Shown: one piece after another, positions 18,490 through 26,699 of the stretch
Numbering within the stretch: position 1 is the first letter of the stretch
Layout of the letters: each line of letters opens with the position of its first letter
IMG/VR virus record: IMGVR_UViG_3300040735_000022
Span: 1 to 40,289 of that record
DNA from: a virus
Taxonomy: Duplodnaviria; Caudoviricetes
Length of the DNA stretch: 40,289 nucleotides
Strand: one strand, 5' to 3'
The notes under the pieces: generated by a model
Seen by the model: only the letters and a program-made list of their open reading frames with translations
What the model was told of the DNA's origin: nothing
Databases searched by the model: none
Made by a program: the position numbers and the translations under genes

Positions 18490-19108
18490 GCGCGTTCCCC
18501 GCCTTGCGGCTCAGCTCGTCCAGCTCCTCATCAGAGAGCTGGCTCAGGTCTTCCACGTCTGTCACGTCCCGGTTATCCACCTGCACCCGCGGCACGTAAT
18601 CGCCCATCAGCTCCAGCGCCAGCTTACGGTCCGGGTTGCTGCGGTGGTCCGGGTCCGATGCCGATGTGATTAGCGCCCGGTAGATGTCAGCCCGGTGGTC
18701 GAACAATGGTGCCGCCTGCAGTAATGCGATCATCTCATCGATGCTCTGATTCTTGCGCCGCCACGTTCCGATCTGCCGGTCGCTCGTCAATCCGAGCACC
18801 TGCGTCGCCAGCTCCTCTTGTGTCTTTGGCCAGCGGCTGTTCTTCGGGCTTGCGCACCAGGCGATATAGCATGCCACTCGCCACGGCCACCCGCCATCCC
18901 GCAGGTCAAAATAACGCTCCAGCCACTCCGGTTTCTCAGCATCAGGCGATGGTCCAAACTCTTCCAACGCTGCCCGGGCAACCTCAGATCGGCGCCGTGC
19001 TTCATCCGGCGAGATCCCGGCGCCGTCTTCGATGGCGTCGTCGATCGCCAGGCCCAGTGCCAATTGTTCGAATATTTCAGGTTTTGGACGTTGCACCGGT
19101 CGCTTCAT
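18482..19108 (-). CDS. Terminase small subunit (HTH)
   Basis: Start reassigned to ATG 19108; KTQEELATQVLGLTSDRQIGTW HTH; C-terminal LSQLSDEEL; overlaps the terL start. Confidence 0.8.
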   Translation of the reverse strand: MKRPVQRPKPEIFEQLALGLAIDDAIEDGAGISPDEARRRSEVARAALEEFGPSPDAEKPEWLERYFDLRDGGWPWRVACYIAWCASPKNSRWPKTQEELATQVLGLTSDRQIGTWRRKNQSIDEMIALLQAAPLFDHRADIYRALITSASDPDHRSNPDRKLALELMGDYVPRVQVDNRDVTDVEDLSQLSDEELDELSRKAGNAHE

Positions 19109-19112
19109 CGTC

Positions 19113-20105
19113 TTACTCCATCTCCATGTACTGCGTGGATCCGCGCCGCAGTGCCGACCACTGCCCTGAGCCAATCTCCACCCACACATCGCTGCCATCC
19201 ACGCCGTAGACTGCCACTTTTTGCCCGGCAGCCAGGCTGTCAATGATCGGATACGCCAATCCTGGTCCGCTCCGCACTCGCAGCCCGTTTACCAGCACCC
19301 GCGCGGCCAGGCTTTCGCCTGCTACTGGTTCTTCCGGCTCTGTCGTGGTTTTTTCGGCCTCGCTCCACGCGAATTCGCCCGCTGCCTGCCAGCAGTCGAA
19401 AGCGTACTTTTTTGCGTTCCCCCACTCCCAAAAATTCGCGCCCGCCAGGCCGAACTCAACGCAGGCGTTCATGAACTCCGTCACATCCGCGCCGGTCGCC
19501 TGCCAGCCGTGTTCCCGGAAAGCCGCGCCGCTCGGAACAACCGGCTTCCCGAACTGCTTATACTCAGCCAGGCACTGTTTGAGCTGTGCGCGCGGGTTAT
19601 GCGCGCCCTGCCAGTACATCTGCGGCATGGCCACGTCGCACCCGCGCAAAAACGTCGCGAACGGAAATTCTGGGTGGTAGCTCGGGAAGCGATAACTCGC
19701 CAGCGCGATCGGCACGCTGGAGGGCATTTTCTGGGTCAGCCGCCCCATATAGCGCTCCGCTCGTTCCTGCGCCCCGGCCGTCTTATACTCGGCCTCCGCG
19801 TCGATGTCGAACCCGTCCAGCTCATACTCGGCCACCAGCTCGGCCGCCAGGCTGGCCTCCACCTCTGGCAGCGTGCCGTAGGTGTACTGCCAACCCCATG
19901 GCGAAATGCTCAACGCCCGCAGCGCGGTAACTAGCGGCTCCACCAGCCCCTCGTTATAGGCCTTCACCCCGTCCGAGATCTTGATCAGCACGTGAGAGTA
20001 ACCCGCCTCGTAGGCCGCCATCGCGATCCGCGCCGGGTCTCCCCCCTCGCACAGCGGGATCTTCCACAGGTAGAATCCCTTGCCCTTCAGGAGATCAGTC
20101 GGCAT
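19113..20105 (-). CDS. Endolysin (GH25-like TIM-barrel glycoside hydrolase plus C-terminal SH3b domain)
   Basis: VLIKISDG, DIDAEAEY and MPQMYW motifs; LRVRSGPGLAYPII SH3b motif; next to holin-like genes. Confidence 0.85.
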   Translation of the reverse strand: MPTDLLKGKGFYLWKIPLCEGGDPARIAMAAYEAGYSHVLIKISDGVKAYNEGLVEPLVTALRALSISPWGWQYTYGTLPEVEASLAAELVAEYELDGFDIDAEAEYKTAGAQERAERYMGRLTQKMPSSVPIALASYRFPSYHPEFPFATFLRGCDVAMPQMYWQGAHNPRAQLKQCLAEYKQFGKPVVPSGAAFREHGWQATGADVTEFMNACVEFGLAGANFWEWGNAKKYAFDCWQAAGEFAWSEAEKTTTEPEEPVAGESLAARVLVNGLRVRSGPGLAYPIIDSLAAGQKVAVYGVDGSDVWVEIGSGQWSALRRGSTQYMEME

Positions 20106-20493
20106 GTCCTCCGCCTCCCTTCCCTGGCGTCCACTCGTCCGGCGTCCAGCACGGGGTCTCGTCTTTCGCCTTGATCTGTTTGATTAGCGTTTCGATACCC
20201 CCCATTAGGTAGACCACTCGCGAGGCATACTGCGCCAACATCCGCTTCAACCTCCCGATCTCCAGCGCTTGGTCTCGCGTCTCCCGATCCAACCCGTCGA
20301 TCCGCTCGCTCAACGGCGTGATCAGGTTATCCACAGCGGTCTTGGTGAGTTGGGATGCTGCGTCAGTCAAAACCTTTGTTGCGTCGGCGTTGCTTTTACG
20401 CCGCGCGAACATCCCCCCGATAAACGCACCGAGCACCGCGCCGCCCACACTGGCAATGGCTGCAATGATGGCTGCAATGAGTGCTTCGGACAT
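20095..20493 (-). CDS. Membrane-anchored coiled-coil protein (holin/antiholin-like)
   Basis: N-terminal hydrophobic segment plus coiled coil; directly upstream of the endolysin. Confidence 0.65.
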   Translation of the reverse strand: MSEALIAAIIAAIASVGGAVLGAFIGGMFARRKSNADATKVLTDAASQLTKTAVDNLITPLSERIDGLDRETRDQALEIGRLKRMLAQYASRVVYLMGGIETLIKQIKAKDETPCWTPDEWTPGKGGGGHAD

Positions 20494-20496
20494 GCC

Positions 20497-20889
20497 CTAC
20501 CCCCAGCTCTGCGCGTCGTGCTCGCTCACCGGTTTCGGCTGGGTCACGCCCTCGATGGCGATGCCGCCAATCAGCGTGCCGATCATCACCGCGATCTCGA
20601 CCATCATGTCCTGTGTTACCCACGTCGGCGGGATGACCCCGAAACCACTCAGCACCATAAAGGCAAGTCCGAACAGTGCCACGTAAAACTTCCGGCTTTG
20701 CACCACCCCACGCCAGCCGCCCGGGCCAGGGTCAACCGCCACGCCCACGATGTAGCTGCCGACAACCACTGCCAGCCCGGCACCCGCTTCCGTGTCGAGC
20801 TTGAAGTTTGGCACCACCTGCGCGATGATCAACACCGCCAGCCCCAACACCATCGCCCAAAACTTCCGTGAGATCAAAAGGTTTTTCAT
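20497..20889 (-). CDS. Holin-like membrane protein
   Basis: Start reassigned to ATG 20889 (GAGGAGG SD); four hydrophobic segments; duplicated SRKFW/SRKFY unit. Confidence 0.75.
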   Translation of the reverse strand: MKNLLISRKFWAMVLGLAVLIIAQVVPNFKLDTEAGAGLAVVVGSYIVGVAVDPGPGGWRGVVQSRKFYVALFGLAFMVLSGFGVIPPTWVTQDMMVEIAVMIGTLIGGIAIEGVTQPKPVSEHDAQSWG

Positions 20890-20911
20890 CGTCCCCTCCT
20901 CAGTGGGAATC

Positions 20912-20943
20912 AAAAGCGCCGTCACCATTATGGTGACGGCGCT
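20912..20943 (-). terminator. Intrinsic terminator in the late-operon leader
   Basis: 13-bp stem AGCGCCGTCACCA/TGGTGACGGCGCT ending in a short T run on the minus strand, upstream of the holin SD. Confidence 0.7.
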
Positions 20944-21032
20944 CATCTCGTCGCTCGCCCGGCCGAATGTCGGGCTTGCTTGCACTGCGGCCGCGCCGCA
21001 AGTGCAAAAGTATATCAATATTCAACAATTGA

Positions 21033-21060
21033 ATTTTAACAAATTTTCTACAAAAGTCAA
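21033..21060 (-). promoter_or_regulatory. Putative late promoter
   Basis: TTGACT-16 nt-TAAAAT with an extended -10 TG, in an AT-rich gap upstream of the lysis/structural operon. Confidence 0.7.
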
Positions 21061-21064
21061 TATA

Positions 21065-21262
21065 CTATTTGGCGTTATCCTCTCCGTCATTGTCTGTGGT
21101 TTCCAGCATATCTTCTCGTATCAACTTTCCGCAACATACCTCGCAGTATTCGCAATGCTCTTCCCCTCCTGGAAGGCTTTCCGGCGTGAAATAGAATTCC
21201 TCTCCGCAAACCTCGCACACATAACAAACCAAAAAATCACTCATCGCCGCCATTCCCTTCAC
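21065..21262 (-). CDS. Small Cys-rich (zinc-ribbon) protein
   Basis: CEVC...CEYCEVCC motifs; start uncertain (21244 to 21262). Confidence 0.6.
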   Translation of the reverse strand: MKGMAAMSDFLVCYVCEVCGEEFYFTPESLPGGEEHCEYCEVCCGKLIREDMLETTDNDGEDNAK

Positions 21263-21741
21263 GCCCTCTCTTCCTGTGCCTGCTTTTTCCTGCGCGTCAG
21301 CTCTCTTCGGTAGGCGTGATACGCTTCCCGCTCCTCCTCCGTCAGGTCTGCGGACGGTACGCGCTTCCGCAATTTTTCCATCGCCCGATGCAAGGCGCCG
21401 CTGTATTTCCGGGGGCGCGAAAGCTTTTCTCGGGCCTCCGGAGACAGCGCCGGGTTGATCCAGCGGCCTTCGGCGACGGCCCGTTTTTTTGACAAACTGA
21501 CGCCTGCCGATAAGGCCTCGAACGAGGGTTTACATATACTGGCCGGGTTCACCCATTGGCCAGACGCGATTCGCTGCAAAGCCTTCTCGCGGCGCACGGG
21601 GATCCCTACGCGCGAGTTGGCCGTGTTGCGGCACTCCCGCGAGCAGTATAAGCGTGGGCCGCGCCTGGTGTACCAGCGGTCACGGGGGATTTCTTCCCCG
21701 CAAAGATCGCAGATACCGATGGGCGCTTTCTTATCAGCCAT
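21259..21741 (-). CDS. Zinc-finger, basic putative DNA-binding protein
   Basis: Start at ATG 21741; CDLC...YCSREC motif; repeated GxWxNPA; very basic. Confidence 0.7.
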   Translation of the reverse strand: MADKKAPIGICDLCGEEIPRDRWYTRRGPRLYCSRECRNTANSRVGIPVRREKALQRIASGQWVNPASICKPSFEALSAGVSLSKKRAVAEGRWINPALSPEAREKLSRPRKYSGALHRAMEKLRKRVPSADLTEEEREAYHAYRRELTRRKKQAQEERA

Positions 21742-22258
21742 TTGTTTGCATCTCCTCAACCTGGATTTTACTCAGGCGCGTTTGCCGCCGCGGGTTATGC
21801 TCGTTCGGGTCGGAGTAACCGGTCAACTGCCCGCGCTGGACCATGCTCGAGACCGTGCTGATGGTTTTTCCAAGCATCTTCGCCGCCTCCGTGATGGTGA
21901 TCAGCTCGTCGTCATGCGCCCATAGGTAGGCTTGCAGTGCTACCCAGCCGATCTCCGACTGCCAGAACGACGCCGGGATTTCATACATGGCGCCCTGGCC
22001 TGGCCGGGCAAACATCCACTCCGCCAGCTTCTGGATCACGCCAATCACTTCGTCAACATTTTCAAACGTCTTGACCAGCTCGCCGTCAGCGGCCATCCCC
22101 AGCATTTGCAGGTCCTGGCCGAAGGGCTGATTATAGAGCTGGTCCGCGTCCAGGATAGGCATACTCGCATCCATGACCGTCTGGCTTACCTGCCAGGTTA
22201 AATCGTTGTACCAGTTCACCATAAAATTCTTGATTGTTTGTTCGGTTATTTCTCTCAT
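21734..22258 (-). CDS. Protein with C-terminal MerR/excisionase-type HTH
   Basis: Start reassigned to ATG 22258 (GAGGAG SD); ITITEAAKMLGKTISTVSSMVQRGQL HTH. Confidence 0.8.
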   Translation of the reverse strand: MREITEQTIKNFMVNWYNDLTWQVSQTVMDASMPILDADQLYNQPFGQDLQMLGMAADGELVKTFENVDEVIGVIQKLAEWMFARPGQGAMYEIPASFWQSEIGWVALQAYLWAHDDELITITEAAKMLGKTISTVSSMVQRGQLTGYSDPNEHNPRRQTRLSKIQVEEMQTNG

Positions 22259-22314
22259 AGCCGTCTCCTCGTAAGTTTGGGAGGGGCAGAAAGCCCCTCC
22301 CTTTTTGAGCCATT

Positions 22315-23253
22315 TTATTGAATGATTTTTACAAGGCGATATCGCCCAAGAATCGTGATAATCACCGCCTCGCACTCGTCGAAATCCTCCTCATCGCTTC
22401 CGCTCGGCGGCTCCGTCAACCACACCACCTGGGCATCCCCACCGGCACTCTCAACCTCGTCCATCGCATCAGGCGAGGGGCATGCCCGTGATTTCCAGTC
22501 GGCCCGGTTGTCGAAATCCACCAGGTAGCCGGGGTGTTCCAGGGCTGCGCGCTCGGTCACGTACAGCCGTTGGCAGTCGTATCCGGCCTCCACGCAGCGC
22601 CGCAGGTGGTCGCTGCCGTTGGCACGCACCCAGGCAACCTTTTCCGCTTCAACGGTCGCCTTTTCCAGCTCCTTGCGGTGTTCCGCCTCAGCCTCGCGTG
22701 CTGCTTTCTCGGCTTCGAAGATCGGCTGCGCCTCGTCGAAGGCCTTCCGTGCGTCGCGGTAGGCGGTCAGATCAAACCCGATCTCGTTGCTAAAATCGAC
22801 TTCTATTTGGCTCAGCCCGCTGTAATACCCCGTGGGATCACGTTTGGCGAGTTTCCGTTTCAGTGTGTCCGTCAGGTCTGCAACGCGCCTTTCCAGATCT
22901 GCGCGCTCCCGCTCGAAGGCGTTCTTGATCGCCTGTTCGCGCCGGGCGTTCATGGCCTGGCATTCCTCTACCAGGCCGGTGGCATCTGTGATCAGGTGGT
23001 CAACCTGATAGCGGGTATCCGATTTCGTCGCCGCCCAACCATCGCGAGTGCGGTAGGCGCTGGAAAAATTGATCAAGTTTACGACCGGTTGATCCTTGCC
23101 CTCCAGGTCCGGCGCGATCGCCTCGCGCTGCCCTTGGCTGGCCTGGCTGGTGTCGATTAGCGCCGACTGCTCTTCGGCCAGAAACTCGCCGGTTTCAGCA
23201 TAGTGCTGTTTGCGAAAGGCTTCGCTGAGATAGTAGTGCACACGTACGTCCAT
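22315..23253 (-). CDS. Hypothetical protein (coiled-coil)
   Basis: 312 aa, AGGAGG SD, natural amino acid composition. Confidence 0.8.
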   Translation of the reverse strand: MDVRVHYYLSEAFRKQHYAETGEFLAEEQSALIDTSQASQGQREAIAPDLEGKDQPVVNLINFSSAYRTRDGWAATKSDTRYQVDHLITDATGLVEECQAMNARREQAIKNAFERERADLERRVADLTDTLKRKLAKRDPTGYYSGLSQIEVDFSNEIGFDLTAYRDARKAFDEAQPIFEAEKAAREAEAEHRKELEKATVEAEKVAWVRANGSDHLRRCVEAGYDCQRLYVTERAALEHPGYLVDFDNRADWKSRACPSPDAMDEVESAGGDAQVVWLTEPPSGSDEEDFDECEAVIITILGRYRLVKIIQ

Positions 23254-23351
23254 CGTTTCCTCCTGGGCACTCGCCCGTTTTTTTATTGTCCGTCGCCTGC
23301 GCCACTCGGCGCTTACCCTGTCCCACCAGCGGTCCGGACTTTGACAGGATT

Positions 23352-23387
23352 ACCGGCCGGGTCCGATAAACCCGGCCGGTGTTTTTT
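23352..23387 (+). terminator. Hairpin with T-tract on the plus (antisense) strand
   Basis: 11-bp stem ACCGGCCGGGT/ACCCGGCCGGT followed by GTTTTTT. Confidence 0.55.
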
Positions 23388-23391
23388 CGTT

Positions 23392-23679
23392 TTACAGTCC
23401 CAGTGCCTTGCGTACTGCAGTGATATTGCTGCGCTTTCCGTTGCGGGTGATTGAGCAGGTTTTGTAGACATTGTGGCAGCTTTCCGAGTAGGAAAACTCG
23501 ATCACGATGCCAGCTGCATCAAGGGCTGCTTTGTTGGCTGCGATGAAGCTCGCGACCTCACCGTTGCGGCGGGCTTCGTTGTTGCGGCGGCCGCTGGCGG
23601 TGCTGGCGGGGCGCCAGAAGTAAGTGTTCGCGGTCAGGATATCGGGGATGCTGGTGGTGGTGGAAGTGGTTTCGTTCAT
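23392..23679 (-). CDS. Hypothetical protein
   Basis: 95 aa, AAGGAG SD, first gene after a consensus promoter. Confidence 0.8.
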   Translation of the reverse strand: MNETTSTTTSIPDILTANTYFWRPASTASGRRNNEARRNGEVASFIAANKAALDAAGIVIEFSYSESCHNVYKTCSITRNGKRSNITAVRKALGL

Positions 23680-23723
23680 GTTTTTTCTCCTTGGGCACTC
23701 GCCCTCTGAAAAAGTAGTTTGTC

Positions 23724-23798
23724 GTAGTCACTTGACTACACTATCTATTATAGTCAATTATGCGTAATTGTCAATACATTATTATCAATTATGCGTAA
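23724..23798 (-). promoter_or_regulatory. Consensus sigma70-type promoter with overlapping operator-like repeats
   Basis: TTGACA (23774..23769)-16 nt-TATAAT (23752..23747); 14-bp direct repeat TCAATTATGCGTAA at 23754 and 23785; palindrome GTAGTCA-CT-TGACTAC at 23724..23739. Confidence 0.85.
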
Positions 23799-23840
23799 CT
23801 CTAATGTAATGTTCTATTGTTCTATATAAATAAAAACTCC

Positions 23841-24122
23841 CTACCCGGAAGTTTTTATAAGCTCTCTCCGTTTCTCGACCAGCATTTCCACCCACGCCAG
23901 CGGCGTCATCGCCATCCGCATCTCGTTTATCCCCACCACCTCCAGCGTGATCACCGGCGCCCCCAGCAGTGTGCCAACAGCGGCCCTGCTGCCTGGCAGG
24001 GTAAGGGCATCCGCTTCGATCATTTCATCCAGCGTTTTCGGATTCAACGCAATTCCATAAACATGGATCCGTCCAGTCTTATAAAACGGCTTCTTAAGAT
24101 TAATTGTGATGGTTTGATCCAT
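23841..24122 (-). CDS. Hypothetical protein
   Basis: 93 aa, GAGG SD, in operon orientation. Confidence 0.65.
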   Translation of the reverse strand: MDQTITINLKKPFYKTGRIHVYGIALNPKTLDEMIEADALTLPGSRAAVGTLLGAPVITLEVVGINEMRMAMTPLAWVEMLVEKRRELIKTSG

Positions 24123-24135
24123 TTTAAAATCCTCT

Positions 24136-24426
24136 TTACACCGTCTGCATCCTCTTTGCCCGTCTGATCAGCGCTCGCATCGCTTCCTCGCCGGGCACCC
24201 ACGTCCGCACGTTTCCGCAGATCGAACACCGCACGTCCGCCGCGTACCCCTCCACGATGGCCATCACGTCCACCTCTTCCCCTCTCCCCGCTTCGGGGAG
24301 AGGGTAGGGTGAGGGGTCAATCGCCTCTCGATACAGCATCAGCACCCGCACGCCGCTCCCGTTCCGCTTCACCATCCCCATCACGTGCCCGTTTTTGCAT
24401 CGCCAGGGTTTCAGCTCACTTTCCAC
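24136..24426 (-). CDS. Zinc-ribbon-like protein carrying an in-frame palindromic insert
   Basis: Start reassigned to GTG 24426 (GAGGAGG SD); RCKNGH...RCSIC motifs. Confidence 0.7.
   Translation of the reverse strand: MESELKPWRCKNGHVMGMVKRNGSGVRVLMLYREAIDPSPYPLPEAGRGEEVDVMAIVEGYAADVRCSICGNVRTWVPGEEAMRALIRRAKRMQTV
24280..24316 (-). repeat. Palindromic REP-like element, in frame in CDS
   Basis: 11-bp stem CCCTCTCCCCG/CGGGGAGAGGG plus TAGGGTGAGGGG; encodes PSPYPLPEAGRG. Confidence 0.85.
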
Positions 24427-24907
24427 AGTTTGCCTCCTCATATAGCACCAGATAACCAAACGGTACCCAGCTCGCCTGCACCGGCCGCACCATCGCACGT
24501 TCCCCGCTGCCTTTATAAATCGTGAAATCCTTGGCCTCGTTAGGCAGCCTGCGCACTGCAACCCGGTTTGGCCACCGCTCAAAGCTTTCCAGGTATTCAA
24601 TCCCGGCCGTGATCGCCGCATCTCTCAAGCCCTGGCCTTTATCCAGCTTCCACAACAACATATTCCGCCCGCACCACTCTGCCGGGCCGCCAACCAGGTG
24701 CACCACCTCGCGCGCTGGCCATAAAAGCAAAAGATGGTGGATCCCCAGTGGATCTTCAGTCCATCGGCGCATCTCCGCCAGCCCGGCTGCAGCGTCAGGG
24801 ATTAACTCCAGCCAGCGCTCCGCCTCCACCGGTGCGCCCATCCGCGCCACATGCAGCTCCCGCAGTCCATACCGGCTGATCGTGTTGGTCAACAATTCTT
24901 CATCCAC
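24416..24907 (-). CDS. Hypothetical protein
   Basis: 163 aa, overlaps both neighbours in the operon. Confidence 0.7.
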   Translation of the reverse strand: MDEELLTNTISRYGLRELHVARMGAPVEAERWLELIPDAAAGLAEMRRWTEDPLGIHHLLLLWPAREVVHLVGGPAEWCGRNMLLWKLDKGQGLRDAAITAGIEYLESFERWPNRVAVRRLPNEAKDFTIYKGSGERAMVRPVQASWVPFGYLVLYEEANCGK

Positions 24908-25071
24908 CTGTCTGCCCTCCTCAGATAATTTCGGCTTGTCACAACCCGGAAACCGTCCTCGAACTCAACCAGAGCACTGTTCATCTTCCCCCGGGCCAGC
25001 ACCCGGCATCGCTTTCCAAACCGCTCTGGAAGCCTGGCTTTCACTCTCCAGATGTAGAGGTACTCGCTCAC
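24889..25071 (-). CDS. Small conserved phage protein
   Basis: 60 aa, GTGA-coupled start; GKRCRVLARGKMNSALVEFEDG motif recognisable from small phage proteins. Confidence 0.7.
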   Translation of the reverse strand: MSEYLYIWRVKARLPERFGKRCRVLARGKMNSALVEFEDGFRVVTSRNYLRRADRWMKNC

Positions 25072-25331
25072 CGCACCCTCTTCAACAATCCATTTTTCAA
25101 CCCGTCCCCATCCCTGCGGTGATCGTTATGCAAGCACCCCCGCGCCCACGCTGCCTTGGTATAGTCCACGCGGCATTTTGGGCAGCGTCTCACATTCCAC
25201 TCACGCTTCGGCACTTCGAATACCTCCCCGCAGTCCACGCAGATCACCTCCCGCATGTCAGTCGCCGCGTCCATCGGCCGCGTGAATGCCAGAAGCTCAT
25301 CATCGCTCATCTCGCACAAATCACGCTTCAT
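25068..25331 (-). CDS. Zinc-ribbon protein
   Basis: CVDC...RCPKC motifs; GAGGAG SD. Confidence 0.75.
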   Translation of the reverse strand: MKRDLCEMSDDELLAFTRPMDAATDMREVICVDCGEVFEVPKREWNVRRCPKCRVDYTKAAWARGCLHNDHRRDGDGLKNGLLKRVR

Positions 25332-25342
25332 CAGTTCTCCTC

Positions 25343-25939
25343 TTATCCCTCTCCCTTTGGGAGAGGGCAGGGTGAGGGTGTAACTGCCGCCTCTGTCCGG
25401 AACGCCCAGTACACAAACCGCTCGCCTTCAGCCGATAGTCGGAACGCGCTACCCAACACCGCCCGGCCGGTCACCAGCTGCCGCTCCATCAACTCATCCA
25501 CCGTCTGGTAGCTGAAGATCGATCGAACATATCTATATGCCAACCCCGGCCGGTGCCATAGCGCGTTGAGCGTCTTCACGTGCACGCTGTGGATCCAGTG
25601 CCCGCCATCATAGTGACCCCGGGCCAGCATCGCCACCAGCGTAGGATTCTGGATTTGCTCCTCCCGCACCACCGGCGTCCACGTCCCTTCCACCAGGCCG
25701 ATTGCCCTGTTCAAAGCTCGGTGACCGGCCCAGGTCAAAAGTAAATGTTCATCCAACAGCTCGCCGAGCGTCTGCCGCCGCGCCCCGTTCATTCGCGTCA
25801 ACCGCCCCGCGCTGATCTCTAAAAGATCTGAATACTGCGCCCAGGTCAGGTCGCAGTACATACGCATCAGGCGCTCGGTTTCCTGCCAGGCAGGCGCATT
25901 ACTTGATACGTTTGTAATCTCAACAGTGCTATCGCTCAT
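25343..25939 (-). CDS. Hypothetical protein whose C-terminus is formed by a palindromic element
   Basis: 198 aa; ends PSPCPLPKGEG. Confidence 0.7.
   Translation of the reverse strand: MSDSTVEITNVSSNAPAWQETERLMRMYCDLTWAQYSDLLEISAGRLTRMNGARRQTLGELLDEHLLLTWAGHRALNRAIGLVEGTWTPVVREEQIQNPTLVAMLARGHYDGGHWIHSVHVKTLNALWHRPGLAYRYVRSIFSYQTVDELMERQLVTGRAVLGSAFRLSAEGERFVYWAFRTEAAVTPSPCPLPKGEG
25347..25379 (-). repeat. Palindromic REP-like element, in frame at CDS end
   Basis: Plus strand CCCTCTCCC-TTT-GGGAGAGGG-CAGGGTGAGGGT. Confidence 0.85.
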
Positions 25940-25951
25940 TTCCGCTTCCTT

Positions 25952-26380
25952 TCAGTCTGCTTTATGGTTATTCTGGAAAGATGATAACGTGGCATGAAAG
26001 TCTGACTTCCCGCATCCCCAGTGCCACTTTCCATGATCCAGGCATTCCACTATTGCCAGTGCCACAGCCGCCGTTTGTACAGCCTCTTCCCGGAGGTGAT
26101 CCAGACCGCCATGCTTCCCACCGAATTGCGTTTGCAGCGCTGCCTGGGCCATTTCTCCGAGTTCTTCTATTAGGATTGCCATGTATGTATAGGGGTCGTG
26201 GTTTTGCTCGCCCCATTGTTGATCCTGACGTTGGCGCTCATCAAGGACACTGACCAGCGCTGGAGCTTTCAGCAAGGCTTCGGCTGCCTCAGCACGGGCC
26301 TTCCAGTACGAGGTATCATTTCCCTGTTTTGTCAGCACCTCTTCCTTCCAAACCTTCATCCTTTCGTATTCATCGCTCAT
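25952..26380 (-). CDS. MazG-like nucleotide pyrophosphohydrolase
   Basis: ERQRQDQQWGEQNH, ILIEELGEMAQA and EEAVQTAAVA motifs. Confidence 0.8.
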   Translation of the reverse strand: MSDEYERMKVWKEEVLTKQGNDTSYWKARAEAAEALLKAPALVSVLDERQRQDQQWGEQNHDPYTYMAILIEELGEMAQAALQTQFGGKHGGLDHLREEAVQTAAVALAIVECLDHGKWHWGCGKSDFHATLSSFQNNHKAD

Positions 26381-26586
26381 TCCTCCACCTCCATCATCTC
26401 GTCATATAGACACTGTGTCCGTTCGCCCCGGTTGTACCGGGCCACCAGGCCCTCCAGAACAGCGATATAAAACCACATCGACCCGCCCCGAAAACCTATC
26501 ATCGTCCTGGCTCGCTCCATCAACTGGTTGACCCGTTGTAGAGCCTGTTCCCACATCCCATCCGTCAGAACGTCTGCCATCTCCAA
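26377..26586 (-). CDS. Hypothetical protein
   Basis: About 67-69 aa with AAGGAG SD; RYNRGERT..LYDEMM motif; start at 26580 or 26586. Confidence 0.7.
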   Translation of the reverse strand: MEMADVLTDGMWEQALQRVNQLMERARTMIGFRGGSMWFYIAVLEGLVARYNRGERTQCLYDEMMEVEE

Positions 26587-26616
26587 ATCTCCTTATTTGC
26601 CTTTCTGCTAGGTATT

Positions 26617-26698
26617 GCGCAACCATCAACGACACCGCATAGCGCAACCGTTTACCGTTTATCTACGCAACCACATAACGCAACCGTAAAGCGCAACC
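26617..26698. repeat. Centromere-like (parS/parH) direct repeat array, CGCAACC
   Basis: Exact copies at 26618, 26643, 26666, 26679 and 26692 plus degenerate CGACACC at 26630; 12-13 bp period; immediately after the RHH gene. Confidence 0.7.
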
Positions 26699-26699
26699 G

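Noticed and set aside
23757-23795. Shared TTATGC core between these operators, the attP arms and the dif-like site
   Set aside because: Only 6-7 bp in common with different flanks, and the same word also occurs in coding regions; insufficient to claim a common binding protein.
26617-26698. Possible CRISPR mini-array
   Set aside because: Repeats are only 7 bp with 5-6 bp spacers, and no cas genes are present.
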